Assembly: GCF_028641065.1 (NCBI RefSeq)
Contig: NC_073392.1
Coordinates: 38,006,001 to 38,070,000, forward strand
Source of the DNA: Leucoraja erinacea
Lineage: Eukaryota
DNA length: 64,000 nucleotides
Direction: 5' to 3'
The position numbers were made by a program, and so were the translations under genes. The notes below the pieces were generated by a model. It did no database searches and was not told the origin of the DNA. It was given only the letters and a program-made list of their open reading frames with translations. This document shows positions 25,222-37,899 of this stretch, piece by piece (position 1 is the first letter of the stretch; each line of letters opens with the position of its first letter).

Positions 25222-25424
25222 ACCTATTTCCTTCGCTCCATCGATGCCGCCTCACCCGCTGAGTTTGTCCAGCATTTTTGTCTACTGACAATTAAATTAA
25301 TATATTTTTTGTTCGGAGAAATGATTTGGATGTTTAAATATCGTAGCAGTATGAGCTTGGGGTGTTGGAAGATTGTTTTCAAATAAAGGACACATGAAGC
25401 AATATTAACTTCAGGAGTAGCATC

Positions 25425-25613
25425 TTATTGGTCGCCGCTAAATTTACATGTTGAAATTTTTTGGCGATAGTGGGTTTGATGCCAATGAGCGTAGTTTGAC
25501 TTCTCCTGACGTAGGTGCTAGGATGACGTAGGTTGTTTCCGGTTTTTTCGGCAACCTGCTACGACTATGACAGTCACCGGCAGTTGCCTAAAAAGTCGCC
25601 ATGGGACAGGCCC
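25425..25613. mobile_element. PIF/Harbinger-like MITE, right half only
   Basis: Ends AAAAGTCGCCATGGGACAGGCCC. Shares GTCGCCGCTAA...CATGTTGAAA with the copy near 19850. Confidence 0.6.
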
Positions 25614-26100
25614 ATTCATGTTTTAAATTAGGGTGGATGTGCTAATGAGTATGAATTTGGATGGTCGTAGAATGTACAAGGACTTTTGTAAAACACAGGG
25701 TGATTGGAGGGTTTTAGAGGCGTCGTAATGGCACCATGCAGGAAAGATGTACTTTTGATATCCCACATATAGACCAAGCTCAATGTTGGTCACTTGGACA
25801 TTGAGCATTTACCACAGAAAAACATTTCGACTGGATAGAGCCGAGTAGCTGAGCAAACGGGTGAGATGGCAATTTTGAATGCATTCAGTAAGGGGTGAGA
25901 AAGACTTATTGTCGGTGGCCTGGGTGCACCCACTGATTCACCACACTACCCACCCTGACCACACTTACATCAGCACACAGCCTTTCCACACTGAGCCCAG
26001 GGCCATTCATTGCTGAGGGAGCACTGGTTTACCCCAGTTTTCAGGCAAAGCTGCACATAACAGTGGAAACGGCATGTGTTTGTGCAAGATTACTGCAATA

Positions 26101-27601
26101 CAGTGCATTCAGAAAGTATTCAGACCCCTTCATTTTTTCCACATTTTGTTACGTCACAGCCTTATTTTAAAATTCATTTTTTTTTAATCATCAATCTACA
26201 CATAATAAATAAGTGAAAACAGGTGTTTAGAAATGTTTGCAAAGTAATTAAAAAGAAATTACCGATATATCACATTTACATAAGTATTCAGACCCTTTAC
26301 TCGGTACTTTGTTGAGGCACTTTTGGCAGCGATTACAGCCTCAAATCTTCTTGGGTATGACACTACAAGCTTGGCACACCTGTATTTGGGTAATTTTTCC
26401 CATTCTTCTCTGCAGATCCTCTCAACCTCTGTCAGGTTGGATGGGGGGGCTCGATGCACAGCTATTTTCAGGTCCCTCCAAAGATATTTGATCGGGTTCA
26501 AGTCTGGACTCTGGCTGGGCCACCCAAGGACATTCACAGACTTGTCATGATGCCACCAGTGTTGGCTTGGCTGTGTGCTTAGGGTCGTTACCCTGTTGGA
26601 AAGTGAACCTCCGCCACAGTCTGAGGTCCAGAACATTCTGGAGCAGGTTTTCATCAAGCATCTCTCTGTACTTTGCTCTGTTCATCTTTCCCTCAATCCT
26701 GATTAGTCTCCCAGTTCCTGCCGCTGAAAAACGTCCCCACAGGATGATGCTGCCACCACTTTGCTTCACAGTAAGTATGGTATTGGCCAGGTGATGAACG
26801 GTGCCTGGTTTCCTCCAGATGTGACACTTGGCATTCAGGTCAAACGATTCAATCTTGGTTTCATCAAACCAGAGAATCTTGTTTCTCATGCCTTTTGGCA
26901 AACTCCAAGCGGGCTGTCAAGTGCCTTTTACTGAAGAGTGGCTTCAGTCTGGCCACTTTACAATAAAGGCCTGATTGGTGGAGTGCTGCAGACATAGTTG
27001 TCCTTCTGGAAGGTTCTGCCATCTCCACAAAGGAACTCTGGAGTTCTTGGTTACCTTTCTGACCAAGGCCCATCTCCCCCGATTGCTCAGTTTGGCCGGG
27101 CGGCCAGCTCCATGAAGAGACCTGGTGGTTCCAAAGTTCTTCCAGTTAAGAATGACGGAGGCCACTGTGTTCTTCGGGACCTGCAATGCTTCCAAAATTG
27201 TTTTATACCCTTCCCCAGATCTGTGTCTTGACACTGTGGGACCTCATATAGACAGGTGTGTGCCTTTCCAAATCATGTCCAATCAATTTAATTTACCAAT
27301 GGTGGACTCCAATCAAGTTGTAGAAACATCTCAAGGATAATCAATGGAAACAGGATGAACCTAAGCTCAATTTTGAGTGTCATAGCAAAGGGTCTGAATA
27401 CTTATGTAAATGTGATGTTTCAGTTATTTCTTTTTAATTACTTTGCAAAATTTTCCAAACACCTGTTTTCACTTCTTCATTCTGGGGTATTGTGTGTAGA
27501 TTGATGTTAAAAAAAAAAGAATTTAGTCCATTTTAAAATAAGGCTGTAACGTAACAAATGTGGAAAAAGTGAAGGGGTCTGAATCCTTCCTGAATGCGCT
27601 G
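26101..27601 (-). mobile_element. Tc1-like DNA transposon, IR/DR type, defective
   Basis: TA|CAGTGCATTCAGAAAGTATTCAGACCCC...GGGGTCTGAATCCTTCCTGAATGCGCTG|TA. Inverted repeats of about 200 bp with inner AAGTATTCAGACCC repeats (about 26282 and 27390). TA TSDs at 26099 and 27602. Confidence 0.95.
26301..27234 (-). pseudogene. Frameshifted Tc1 DD34E transposase
   Basis: Fragments across four frames: RHRSGEGYK...GRPAKLS (HTH and GRP linker), [44 protein letters not shown]. The catalytic E of NPIE reads K, the usual stop reads CGA, and there are internal deletions. Confidence 0.93.
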
Positions 27602-28139
27602 TATATTGCAATATAATTTTTGGTGCTGATTCCATTAGTCTGGATCATAGGCATGTGGCCTGAATGCAAAACGAATTGCAAATGTACTAAAGGAGGAAAG
27701 AACTGTTAACAATATTGGTTAACGCATGAGCCAATTTCAGAAATCGGAACAAAGATACAAGGAACTGCAGATGCTGGAATTTTGGGTAAAAAACAAAATA
27801 TTGGAGTAACTTAACAAATCATCTTTGGAGGGAATGGATAGGTGACGTTTCTTCAGACTTTAAGAAGAGACCCAACCCGAAAAATCATCTGTCCATTTTG
27901 TCTAGAGATATTACCTGACATGCTGAGGTACTCCAGCACTTTCTGTTTCATTATAGGAAATCAGAAGTTCAGTGGATTAGTGTTGAAATAGCAGTTGGTA
28001 GTCATGGTGCTTAGTGTTGCCAGCTCTTACTTTGTTTAAATCTATAATGTATTGGTACTTGGTTTTGTTCTACTTAAAAATTAACTAGGCATTCTTGGGT
28101 ATGCAAAGATACTCAACTTAAACAAGAGCTCTAGATTTT

Positions 28140-28292
28140 GGCGGCGCAGTGGTGGAGCTGCTGGATCAGGTTGGATCCTGACTACGGGTGCTATCTGTAT
28201 GGAGTTTGTACGTTCTCCCCGTGACTGTGAGGGTTTTCATCGGTCGCTCCGGTTTCCTCCCATACTCCAAAGGCGTACAACTTTGTAGGTTG
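28140..28292 (+). mobile_element. HE1/V-SINE 5' part
   Basis: GGCGGCGCAGTGGTGGAG head and core, truncated by a Penelope terminal unit. Confidence 0.75.
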
Positions 28293-29539
28293 TAGGAAGG
28301 AACTGCAGATATTGGTCTAAACCAAACATAGACAGAAAATGCTGGAGTAACTCAGCGGGACAGGCAACACCTCTGGAGAGAAGGAATGGTTGACATTTTG
28401 GGTCAAGACCTTCTTAAGATTGAATCGGGGGAAGAGGAGGGGGAGATACAGAGATAAGGGAGTGTAAGGTGTGAGAACGAGACATCAAAAGGGGGTGGGG
28501 ATCACTTCCCAGTTCTCTGACCAGTCTGACTGTCCCTGATTACATTTATCTCTGTGTGCTTTGTTGTTACCTACTCCTAACTAACAATGATCTATTCTAC
28601 ATTTTCCTCGATCTGCACCCCCTTTGATGTCACGTCCATTTTTTTTTCTCAAAGGGAATCACATAAAACATGGAACAGAATGGCAAGATTTTGCTGTTTC
28701 ACTCCTAATTGTTGCTTTTGCAGTGTCTTACTAATTGCCACAAGTGATTGTTAAAAGTAAAAGAAGACGTCTAACGTTCTATTAAGCTGCCCAAAACAGA
28801 TATTACTCAAAACAGTTGATTGTCCTTGTTGATGTTTTCCATGTGCTCAGCAAATTATTAAGTAAAAATACCTGTCTGCAACAGGAAATCTCTTTTAATC
28901 TTCCACCACCTCTCATCCTCCCTCTGGCCTTAACAATCTTCCCACCCATATTTATTTGTCTGTTCGCAACCTTTTATCTGTTGCCTCCTCCACCCACCAT
29001 CTCTCCGCTGTGCCTTTCGAATATGGATTCACTGTGATTCAAAGATGCTCTTGTGACTATATTAATCTACATACAGAATGTTTACTGCTGAACCTTTGGC
29101 TCAATATCAAAAAACATTCTATGGAAGAAGCAATGAGGGTTGACGGTTCTTTTTTTGATAAGTTATTGATTTGAATAGAATCCTGAAAAATTTACATTTT
29201 TTGTAACAAAAATGAATAATCTCATGTCTTTTGAGATTATCAAAGGTATTAATGCACTGGTAATGGATTATTCATTCTGGTTGGTAGAATGGTATCAAGA
29301 AGACCGATTTAACTAATAAATAATTCATTGTGGTTGATAATATGTTCTTTATATTGTGGTTAAATGAGGATGAAATACTTGAGAACATAAATCTTAAAGA
29401 GAATTAGATCTAAAAATGGGTTATTAAAATATGAATGCCAAGTGGCTTACAGTCAGAAATAAGTAATTTTCTTGTTTCTATGTAATATATTTTTACTTCA
29501 CTTTTACCCTCATTTATTCATGATATTCACTAACAGCTA

Positions 29540-29697
29540 CAGTGCCCTCCATAATGTGTGGGACAAAGACTGATCATTTATTCATTTGCCTCTGTACTCC
29601 ACAATTTGAGATTTGTAATAGAAACAAATCACATGTGGTCAAAGTGCACATTGTCAGATTTTAATAAAGGCCATTTTATTACATTTTGGTTTCACCA
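29540..29697. mobile_element. End of a second Tc1/mariner-like element running into the gap
   Basis: TA|CAGTGCCCTCCATAATGTGTGGGACAAAG terminus typical of Tc1 TIRs. The rest is hidden by Ns. Confidence 0.6.
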
Positions 29698-29969
29698 NNN
29701 NNNNNNNNNNNNNNNNNNNNNNNNNNNNNNNNNNNNNNNNNNNNNNNNNNNNNNNNNNNNNNNNNNNNNNNNNNNNNNNNNNNNNNNNNNNNNNNNNNNN
29801 NNNNNNNNNNNNNNNNNNNNNNNNNNNNNNNNNNNNNNNNNNNNNNNNNNNNNNNNNNNNNNNNNNNNNNNNNNNNNNNNNNNNNNNNNNNNNNNNNNNN
29901 NNNNNNNNNNNNNNNNNNNNNNNNNNNNNNNNNNNNNNNNNNNNNNNNNNNNNNNNNNNNNNNNNNNNN
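29698..29969. other. Assembly gap (272 N)
   Basis: N run. Confidence 1.
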
Positions 29970-31164
29970 TCGTACTATTAAATTGATGAGGATTGAGTAA
30001 AATAAGTAAGTCGGACTGCCGAGAAGTCTGTCATTTTGAAATGAGGAAAAGAACAAAACCAACAAACAAACAAAAAGCTTATGATGAATAATAAAAACAG
30101 ACTGGTTCCATGATTAGAGGCACACCACAAACTGCTAAACAATGGAAAGAAATGGAGGGAGAAATGCATGGACAAATCTTTCAGGCCATAAATAAGAAGT
30201 TCTGAAAACTGGTATGTATTTCATCAAAATTGGGAATAAAATCATTCAGAGTTAAGAGAGTTATCACATCACTTTTGTTCTATCCTTTGTTTTCTCCAAG
30301 GCATTATTCTGCAAAGTGCACTGAATTCAAAATAAGCATCTCTAATATATAATATTTTACTTTTAGTTTAGCTTCTCATATTTTTAATCATATTTATGCA
30401 CAATCATGTGTCATTTTAATCTATTTCAAGATAGTTATACAGAGACAAGAAGATTGAGTTTTAATCTTCTGCATGGACAGTAAAATTAATAGACACAGCT
30501 TATAGTGTGAGTGTGTGGATTTCTGAGCTTCTAATTTTTAATATTTTTATGCCTGAATGTGCCCAAAGACTAGCCATAATTGTAGTTATGGGATGTATAT
30601 TGTATTCAGTTATTATTGAATGCTGTAAAATATTAATTATTATTACCTTGAAAAGTGCTTTAAATGTGTATGGGAGAATCTGCATGAAGTCAGATTTCCA
30701 TGTCAGGTCATTAATAACCCAGGGAACCCCTGTATTTGGCTGGAAGTTCCAGAATATAAACCTAGCAACAGTGAAGGAATAGAAATATGTTTTTTTGAAA
30801 AGGATAGGTATAAATATTGTAATTGGAAAAGCCAATTTCATTAAAATAAGACAGGACCTGGCTGAGGTTGACTGGAATGATCTACTTGCTGGCAAATCTA
30901 TATCTGCACGTTGGGAAGAATTCAAGTGAGAAAAAGTAGAGACAAAGCAACCCTGTAAGCATAAAAGTCAAGGGTAACAATTTCAAGGAACTCTAAATGT
31001 TGAAGGTTGCGAATTGGATAAAGAGGAAATGTATGGCAGGTATAGAAAACTAAAGGTAAGTGAGGCCTGTCAGGAATACAAACAAATATAGGGATATGCT
31101 TAAAAAGGAAATTTAGAAAGCAATGAGAGGTTACAAATATCACTGGTGAGCAAGTTTAAGGTTA

Positions 31165-31800
31165 TATGGTCATAAGGTTACGAGAAATAGGAGTAGAATT
31201 AGGCCATTCAACCCATCGTCTACTTCGCCATTCAATCATGGCGGATCTATTTCCCTCTTAATCCCATTCTCCTGTCTCCTCCATAACCTCTGACACCTGT
31301 ACTAATCAAGAATCTAGCTATTTCTGCCTTAAAAATATCCACTGACTTGACCTCCACAGCCTTCTATGGCAAAGAATTCCACATATTCACCACCATCTGA
31401 CAAAATACATTTGTCAGGTAGACAAAAGTGCTGGAGAAACTCAGCGGGCTCACTAATACAGCACCCGCTGAGTTTCTCCAGCACTTTTGTCTACCTTCGA
31501 TTTTCCAGCATCTGCAGTTCCTTCTTAAACAAAATAAATTTCTCTTCATCTCCTTCCAAAAAGAACGTCCTTTAATTCTGCTATAACCTCTAGTCCTGGA
31601 CTCTCCCACTCGTGGAAACATCCTCTCCACATCCACTCTATCCAAGCCTTTCACTATACTGTATGTTTTAATGAGGCCCCCCTTCTTTCTAAACTCCAGC
31701 GAGTGCAGACCCAGTGCCGGCAAATGCTCATCATAGGCTGGGATAATTCTTGTAAACCTCCTCTGGACCCTCTCTGGTGGTATGGTGCCTAGAATTGCTC
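31165..31800 (-). mobile_element. CR1 LINE 3' end nested in an older CR1
   Basis: LHSLEFR...KGLDRVDVERMFPRVGESRTRG on the minus strand. Confidence 0.85.
31416..31496. repeat. Perfect 33-bp hairpin with 15-nt loop
   Basis: AGGTAGACAAAAGTGCTGGAGAAACTCAGCGGG / CCCGCTGAGTTTCTCCAGCACTTTTGTCTACCT. Confidence 0.95.
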
Positions 31801-34069
31801 CCAGGTTAATCAGAAGGTGAAGGAAGAAACTGGTTTACACCAAAGGTAGACACAAAATGCTGGAGTAACTCAGTGGGACAGGCAGCAACTCTGGGTAGAA
31901 GGAGCGGATGATTTTTTGAGGAGACCCTTCTTCACGTTCAAGACTGAAGAAGGGTCTAGACTTGCAAGGTCACCCATTCCATCTATCCAGCGATGCTGCC
32001 TGTCCCTACAGAGTTACTCCAGCATTTTGTGTTTAATTAGATGTTCCATACGTCTTTACAGAAAATGAATAGCCAAGTAAAGCGTAGGACCCATTAGGGG
32101 CAGCTTTGTTTGGAGCCAGAAGATACAGGAGTGATCCTGAATGAATACTTTTCATCAGTATTCACTAAGGAAGTGCATTTTGTAGTTGACCAACATAGGA
32201 AAGGGAAGGTGAATATCTCCTGCAAGTTTGAAGTCAAAAAGTGGTGGTATATGGCTCAGCTTTAAAAGGGGTAAATGCGTAGGGTCCTATAAGATCTATC
32301 CCAGGCTGCTGTGATGGAAAAGTAAAGAGATTGCTGGAGCTTTAAGTGAGATTTTTAGATCCTCACTGATCACAAGTGAGGTTTCTGCTGACGAGAAGAC
32401 AGCAAATGTGGCTCTTTTATTCAAGAAGGGCATTTGGAAAAAGCTTGGAATAATTATAGACCTGTGACGTCAGTGGTAGGGAAATCATTGGAGAAAGTGC
32501 TGAGGAACAGGACTAATGAACGCTTGGGTCGCCAGGAACTAATCAAGGTCAGCAAATATGACATTCTCAAGGACTGATCCTATCTGATCACTTTGACTGA
32601 TTTTTTTGAAGAGGTAATCAAGTATATCAATGAGAGTGGAGTAGTAGATGTGGTTTACATGAACCTCACTCAGTAAGGCCTTTGACAAGATCCCACATAG
32701 GAGAATAGTCCAATTTGGGATCCAGGGCAATTTGGCCAACTGGATCCAAGGTTGACTCAGCAAGGGTAGATAGGATGATGGTCGACTGCTTTTAGTGACT
32801 GTCACTAATGATGTTCCACAGGAATAGGTGTTGGAACCTTAGCTATTTGCAATACATGTGAAAGATTTAGATGTAGGTGTAGGATCAGTAAGTTTGCAGA
32901 TGACACAAAGACTTTCTATGATGTACGTCTTTATGACTATGAGAGTTTCGTGTGAGTCAAGGATAATGTAGAGAGAACAAAACTGGATTGATCTAATACG
33001 AGAGCTTGATAGTTGCCATGTACTCGATAGGCCAAAGGGCTAGTTTCTGTGTTTTATGACTCAATGATGCTGTGGTTGTCCATTTAATACATCTTTGTAT
33101 AATTTCAGCAGCATTTTTTCACTGTTATTTCCAACTGTCGTGCAATAAGTTTAGTTTAGTTTATTGTCACTTGTACCAATTGAAAAGATTTTGTTGCATG
33201 CTAACCTGTCAGTGAAAAGATTATACATGATTACAATCGAGTTATCCACAGTGTACAGATACAAAAGCTAAAATACTATTTATTATCCTAATTGCCTCTA
33301 GGAGCTGTTTACTTGTAATTTAAATGCAATGATGCCAAAATGGTTCTGAATACCAACATTAATTAACTAGTCTTGTTGGCAATCTTCCTGCTGAAAGCTA
33401 AAAATTCAAAGAAAGCATTTTAAAACAATAATCACACAAATGTATTCCCAGTCATGGGGCTCACTCCAGCTTTGGATTTAATCAGTACTAACTACTGCAC
33501 CACATGGGACAGAATGTCTCCAACGTGATTTGGATCCTGAGCCGAAAGCTATAAAATTGGAATATTAATGATGAGTCAAAGTAGTATTCATTCTCTCCAG
33601 ACTTTGGCTTGGATTCCCTAACAGCACCGCTTGTCTGTGAATTTCAATATCTTACAAGTTATGCTGATCTGTTGTGCAAATCTAGTCACAAATTTGTAAA
33701 CCTAATGGTGCTTAACTGCACCTGATTATTCAGTACAAATGGGAGTTTGATGGTGCCGGATTATGGTTTTCCAAATATTACCCAAGCATATTTTTGAATT
33801 CATTCCATTTAGATGTTGCACAGTAATGCAATAAATGTCCTAGTGCACCATTAAGTAGAAAGGGAGCATGTGAGACAGGACTCTCATCAGTTTATAGAGA
33901 GCTTGGGAATCTGTGTGCCCCCATGAGTTGAAATAAAGTGTGGTTTGAGCCCAGTGACTTGAAAAGGAATTCGGCAAAAAATATCATTTGGTGAGCAAAA
34001 CAATCAAGATTTCCAAATAGTCTGAAGAATTGGATTTATGCTGTAAAGGGAGGGAATGACCTGGAGTAG

Positions 34070-36075
34070 TAGTCAATATGGTTTTGTGCAGGGGAGATCA
34101 TGATTTTTTGAGGCGACTATTAAGAACGTTAATGTTGGGAGCGCAATAGATTTGATTTACATGGACTTTACATTTAGATGTGGTTTACATTGGCAAGGTG
34201 TTTGACAAGGTACTGTGTGGTAAGCTAGTTTAGAAGGTTTTGGATATGCAAAGGACTTGAGACATTTGGCAAACTAGATGAAAATTGGTTTGATGATAGA
34301 AGTCACTGGAAAGAAATGGGCGAGTGTTTTTCTCACTGGAAGACTGTAATAAGTAGTCTATCACTAATCAGTACTGAGACTTGCTTTGAGTAAACTATTT
34401 ATGGAAACAGGCCCTTAAGCCCAATTTGGCTCTGTCAACCAAGTTGGCCCATCCACTCTACACCCACATGCCCTTGTTTGGTCCAGGTTGATGGAAGTTA
34501 GGGGAGAAATGTGTGTGCACCGTGGGGGTGGGGCTGGAGATTTACTTTAAATTATATAATGGCATGAATATACCAGAGTGAGGCCACACACAGACTGGGA
34601 AAACCAGATCCTCTATTCCACATGGGCAGCATGCAACCCAATGGTGGGAATGTCTGACTGCCAAGGCTCTTGCGGCTCCTGCTAATAGCCGGAATACAAG
34701 CTAGCCTCTCTTCCCCGTTCCCCGATCTGTCTGTCCTTGGCCTTTTCCCTTCCAGATGGAGGTGATATGCAAGCTGAAAGCACAGCAGCTTGTATTCCGC
34801 TAGGGTAGCCTACAACCCAATGGTATGAACATCAACCTCCAATTTCATGACGATGGGGGCTGACCATCTCCATTCTCAGCACCCCCCCCATATCTCTTGC
34901 CACACAATACCTAGTTTCTTTCCCCTCTACCTTTTGCTCATCTCCCACCCATTTCTAATCTTAGTACCCCATGTTCCTTTTACCCCCCCCTTCTTATCCC
35001 TCCCCCGTCCCCTTCCACTGATATCCCTCCCTTTGACTTTTCCCTACACTTCACTTTTTCTTATCTTGCACTGCTGTCTCCTTTTCACCACCAGCCTTTG
35101 TCACTACTCCACACTTCACCCACCCCTCCCTCATCTATTGCCTGGCTTTGCCCCACTCCATCTCACTCCATCGGCTTTCTCCTTCCTACTCCGTCAGTTT
35201 GAAGAAGAGAACAAACCCAGAATGTCATCAGTCTATTTCCCTACGCAGATTCTGACTGACCAGCTGAGAACGTATGGGTCTGATTAATACATTTGTAGAT
35301 GGCGTGAAAATTGCTGCAGTTTAGATAGAGAAGCAGTTGTCTAAGGATACAGTGGGACGGATCAGTTAGAAAGTTGGGCAGAGCGGTGACATGGAACAAT
35401 TATCAGGTAATGCACCCTAGGAAGGTACATTCTGGTAGGACATATAGAGTGTTAAAGTTAGAGTGCTAGAGAGACCTTGGTGTGCAGTGCTGAAGGTGGT
35501 GAGGGTATTTGGTATGTTTGCCTTCAAAGTCAGAGATGTTAAGAATAAAAATTGGGATGTTATGTTGCAGCTGTACAAAACATTGGTCAGGCCACATTTG
35601 GAGTATTGTGCTTAGTTCTGGTTCCCAAAGTGGTAGCAAAAGAGATTCAGTAGGATGTTTCCCAGAGTGGAGAGCTGTCATTATAAGGAGAGATTGGGGA
35701 GGCTAGGTATCTTCACACTGAAACAGAGGAGGCTGAGGGGTGACCTAATATAGGTCAATAAAATGATGTTGGGGCATGGACAGGGTGGAAGTCAGAATCC
35801 CTTTCCAGGACAGGTGAATCTAGAACTAGAGGACATAGGTTTAAGATGAGGGGCAGAAGTTCAAACTAGATCTAAGGGGAAGGTTATCCACACAGAGGAT
35901 AGTGGTGATCTGGAATGAGCTACCAGAGGAGGTGGTAGAAACAAGTATGATTACAACATTTGAATGGGGTTAATATTCAGATAGGCCCATATTCTTTTAT
36001 GCCTTTCCTATTGCAGGAAAATAGGATTAGCATTGAATAGCATCAGCTTCTGCCGTTCAATTCTATAATTCCATG
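34070..36075 (+). mobile_element. Decayed CR1 RT and 3' region (interrupted)
   Basis: YMDF..KVFDKV at about 34160; KTLVRPHLEYC, RRLRGDL and SRTRGHRF after 35550. Confidence 0.7.
34690..35270 (+). mobile_element. Penelope-like 3' end fragment
   Basis: Encodes a QQLVFR*GSLQPNGMNI-type C-terminus, then a pyrimidine-rich UTR and a decayed TTGAAGAAG terminal unit. Confidence 0.6.
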
Positions 36076-36329
36076 AGTCAGATAGAGGATTATCAAAGTT
36101 TTACTATACATTGTAATATTGTGTGAGCTATCCTCTACAAACCATGAGTGAAGCGATTATATTGTCCCCGCAGACTAAATGACCAGAGCATTGAATTTAG
36201 ATCTTAATGAATAATAGCATTTACATTTTATTTATATGCCTGATATCATGTTTACTGTAGCACAGAAATAAGCAGTTTGGCAAAAAAGGCCAACAATGTC
36301 AATGTATTTGATCCACTCTGACTGAGTGA

Positions 36330-37170
36330 TAGAATGAGACAGCACTGAATCAGGCCATTCTGCCCAACTCATCCATGCTGATCAAGATGCCCCATTCACA
36401 TGTACCATTTACCCACATGTGGCTGATATCTCTCTCTAAACCTTTCCACTGCATGTCCACATGACTTTTAAATATTATTATTGCACCTGCCTCAACTGCT
36501 TCCTCTGGCTGCTCATTCCATATACCCACCACCCTCTGTGTGAAATACAAAAGGCTGGAATTTTGAGGAGAAAAAAACAGTGCTCAGGGAACAAATCAGG
36601 ATCATGCAGCATCTGCAGAGGGAACGGGACAGGTACTGTTTTGGGTCGGAATCCTTTATTCTGATAGAGTAGAGGGGGGAAAGCTGGGAAGGGGTGGGGA
36701 TGGGGCAAAGCCTGGCAAGTGATAAGTGGATACAGGTGAAGGGTGGGGGTGATTGACAGACGACTGGAGATAATGACAATTATGACAACAAGGGTGAAAA
36801 AAGGCAAAAGATTGCCAGATAAGGAAAGAAGAGGAGTGAAATATAAAGTTGCAGGGAGAGAAATGAGTGGAAGGGGTCATGGGAGACTAAAGGAAACTGG
36901 AAAATGTGGAAAAAATGCCACTAAGATTCCTATTAAATCTTTTCCCTTTCACTTCAAACCTATGCCCTCTCATTTTCTGATTCCCTTATGCTGAGAAAAG
37001 GATTCTGTGCATTCACCCTGTCTATTCCATCCAGGACTTTATACACCTCGATAAGATCATTCCTCAGCCTCCTGCTCTCCAAGGTTTGAAGTCCCAGTGT
37101 ATCTAATCTCTCCTGAAAGCTCAGGCCTTTTAGTCCTGGCAATATTCTCATAAATCTTCTCGACTATTTC
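36330..37170 (-). mobile_element. CR1 LINE 3' region split by a Penelope terminal unit (about 36543-36905)
   Basis: LESRRLRNDLIEVYK and FTQRVVGIWNEQP on either side of the insert. Confidence 0.8.
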
Positions 37171-37581
37171 CACACTACTTACCATCAGTATATCCTTCTG
37201 CCTGTTTCTGTCTTACGTTCTTCAATCAGATGGTACATTCACCATATGCTCACCGTCCTTTGTAGAATAGTTTATCCTGATTTCATTCCTTGATTTAAGG
37301 CATCTACCTTATATTCACAGCCTCTGGTCTTGAACTTCCCAATGTCAACCTTTTTTTCTTTTTCTGGAGAATAGAGTATCATTAGATAGTTCTCTGACAG
37401 TTTTACTTTTTTTTGTCTTATCTTTGTGTGAATTCCATATAATTTCTCAGAATTGAAATCTGTTCAGTTTAGTTTATTGTCATGTGTACATGTACAGCGA
37501 AATGTCCATTTTGAAATGCAATAATCAAAACACTGTGTAAATGGGTATTTTGTCTTTATAAACCTATCAGTGTAGTTGACA

Positions 37582-37899
37582 AGGTACAGCAGTGGTAGAG
37601 TTGCTGCCTTACAGCTTTTTCAGCGCCAGAGACTCAGATTCGATCCCGACTACGGGTGCTGTATGTATGGAGTTTGTACCTTCTCCCCGTGACCACGTGG
37701 GTTTCCTCCGAAATCTTCAGTTTCCTCCCACACTCCAAAAACGTACAGGGTTGTAGGTTAATTGGGTTTGTATTCAATTTTTTTTAATTGTTCCTAGTAT
37801 GTGTGGGATAGTGTTAATATGTGGGGATCGCTGGTTGAAGCGTACTGGGTGGGCCGAGGGCCTGTTTCATGCTGTATCTCTAAACTAAACTAAACTAAA
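37582..37899 (+). mobile_element. HE1/V-SINE, near full length
   Basis: B-box-like GATTCGATCCC, core and (CTAAA)3 tail. Confidence 0.88.

Larger units (their letters stand above)
30770..33065 (+). mobile_element. Decayed CR1 ORF2 interrupted by younger insertions (31165-32030)
   Basis: WKSQF/VDW-type linker at 30820-31160 continues after 32040 with NYRPV, KAFDKIPH and KFADDTK. Confidence 0.7.

Noticed and set aside
19319-30065. ORFs containing long X runs (19319-19605 and 29558-30065)
   Set aside because: Artefacts of the two N gaps.
37582-37660. tRNA-like A/B boxes
   Set aside because: These are SINE heads with no full cloverleaf.
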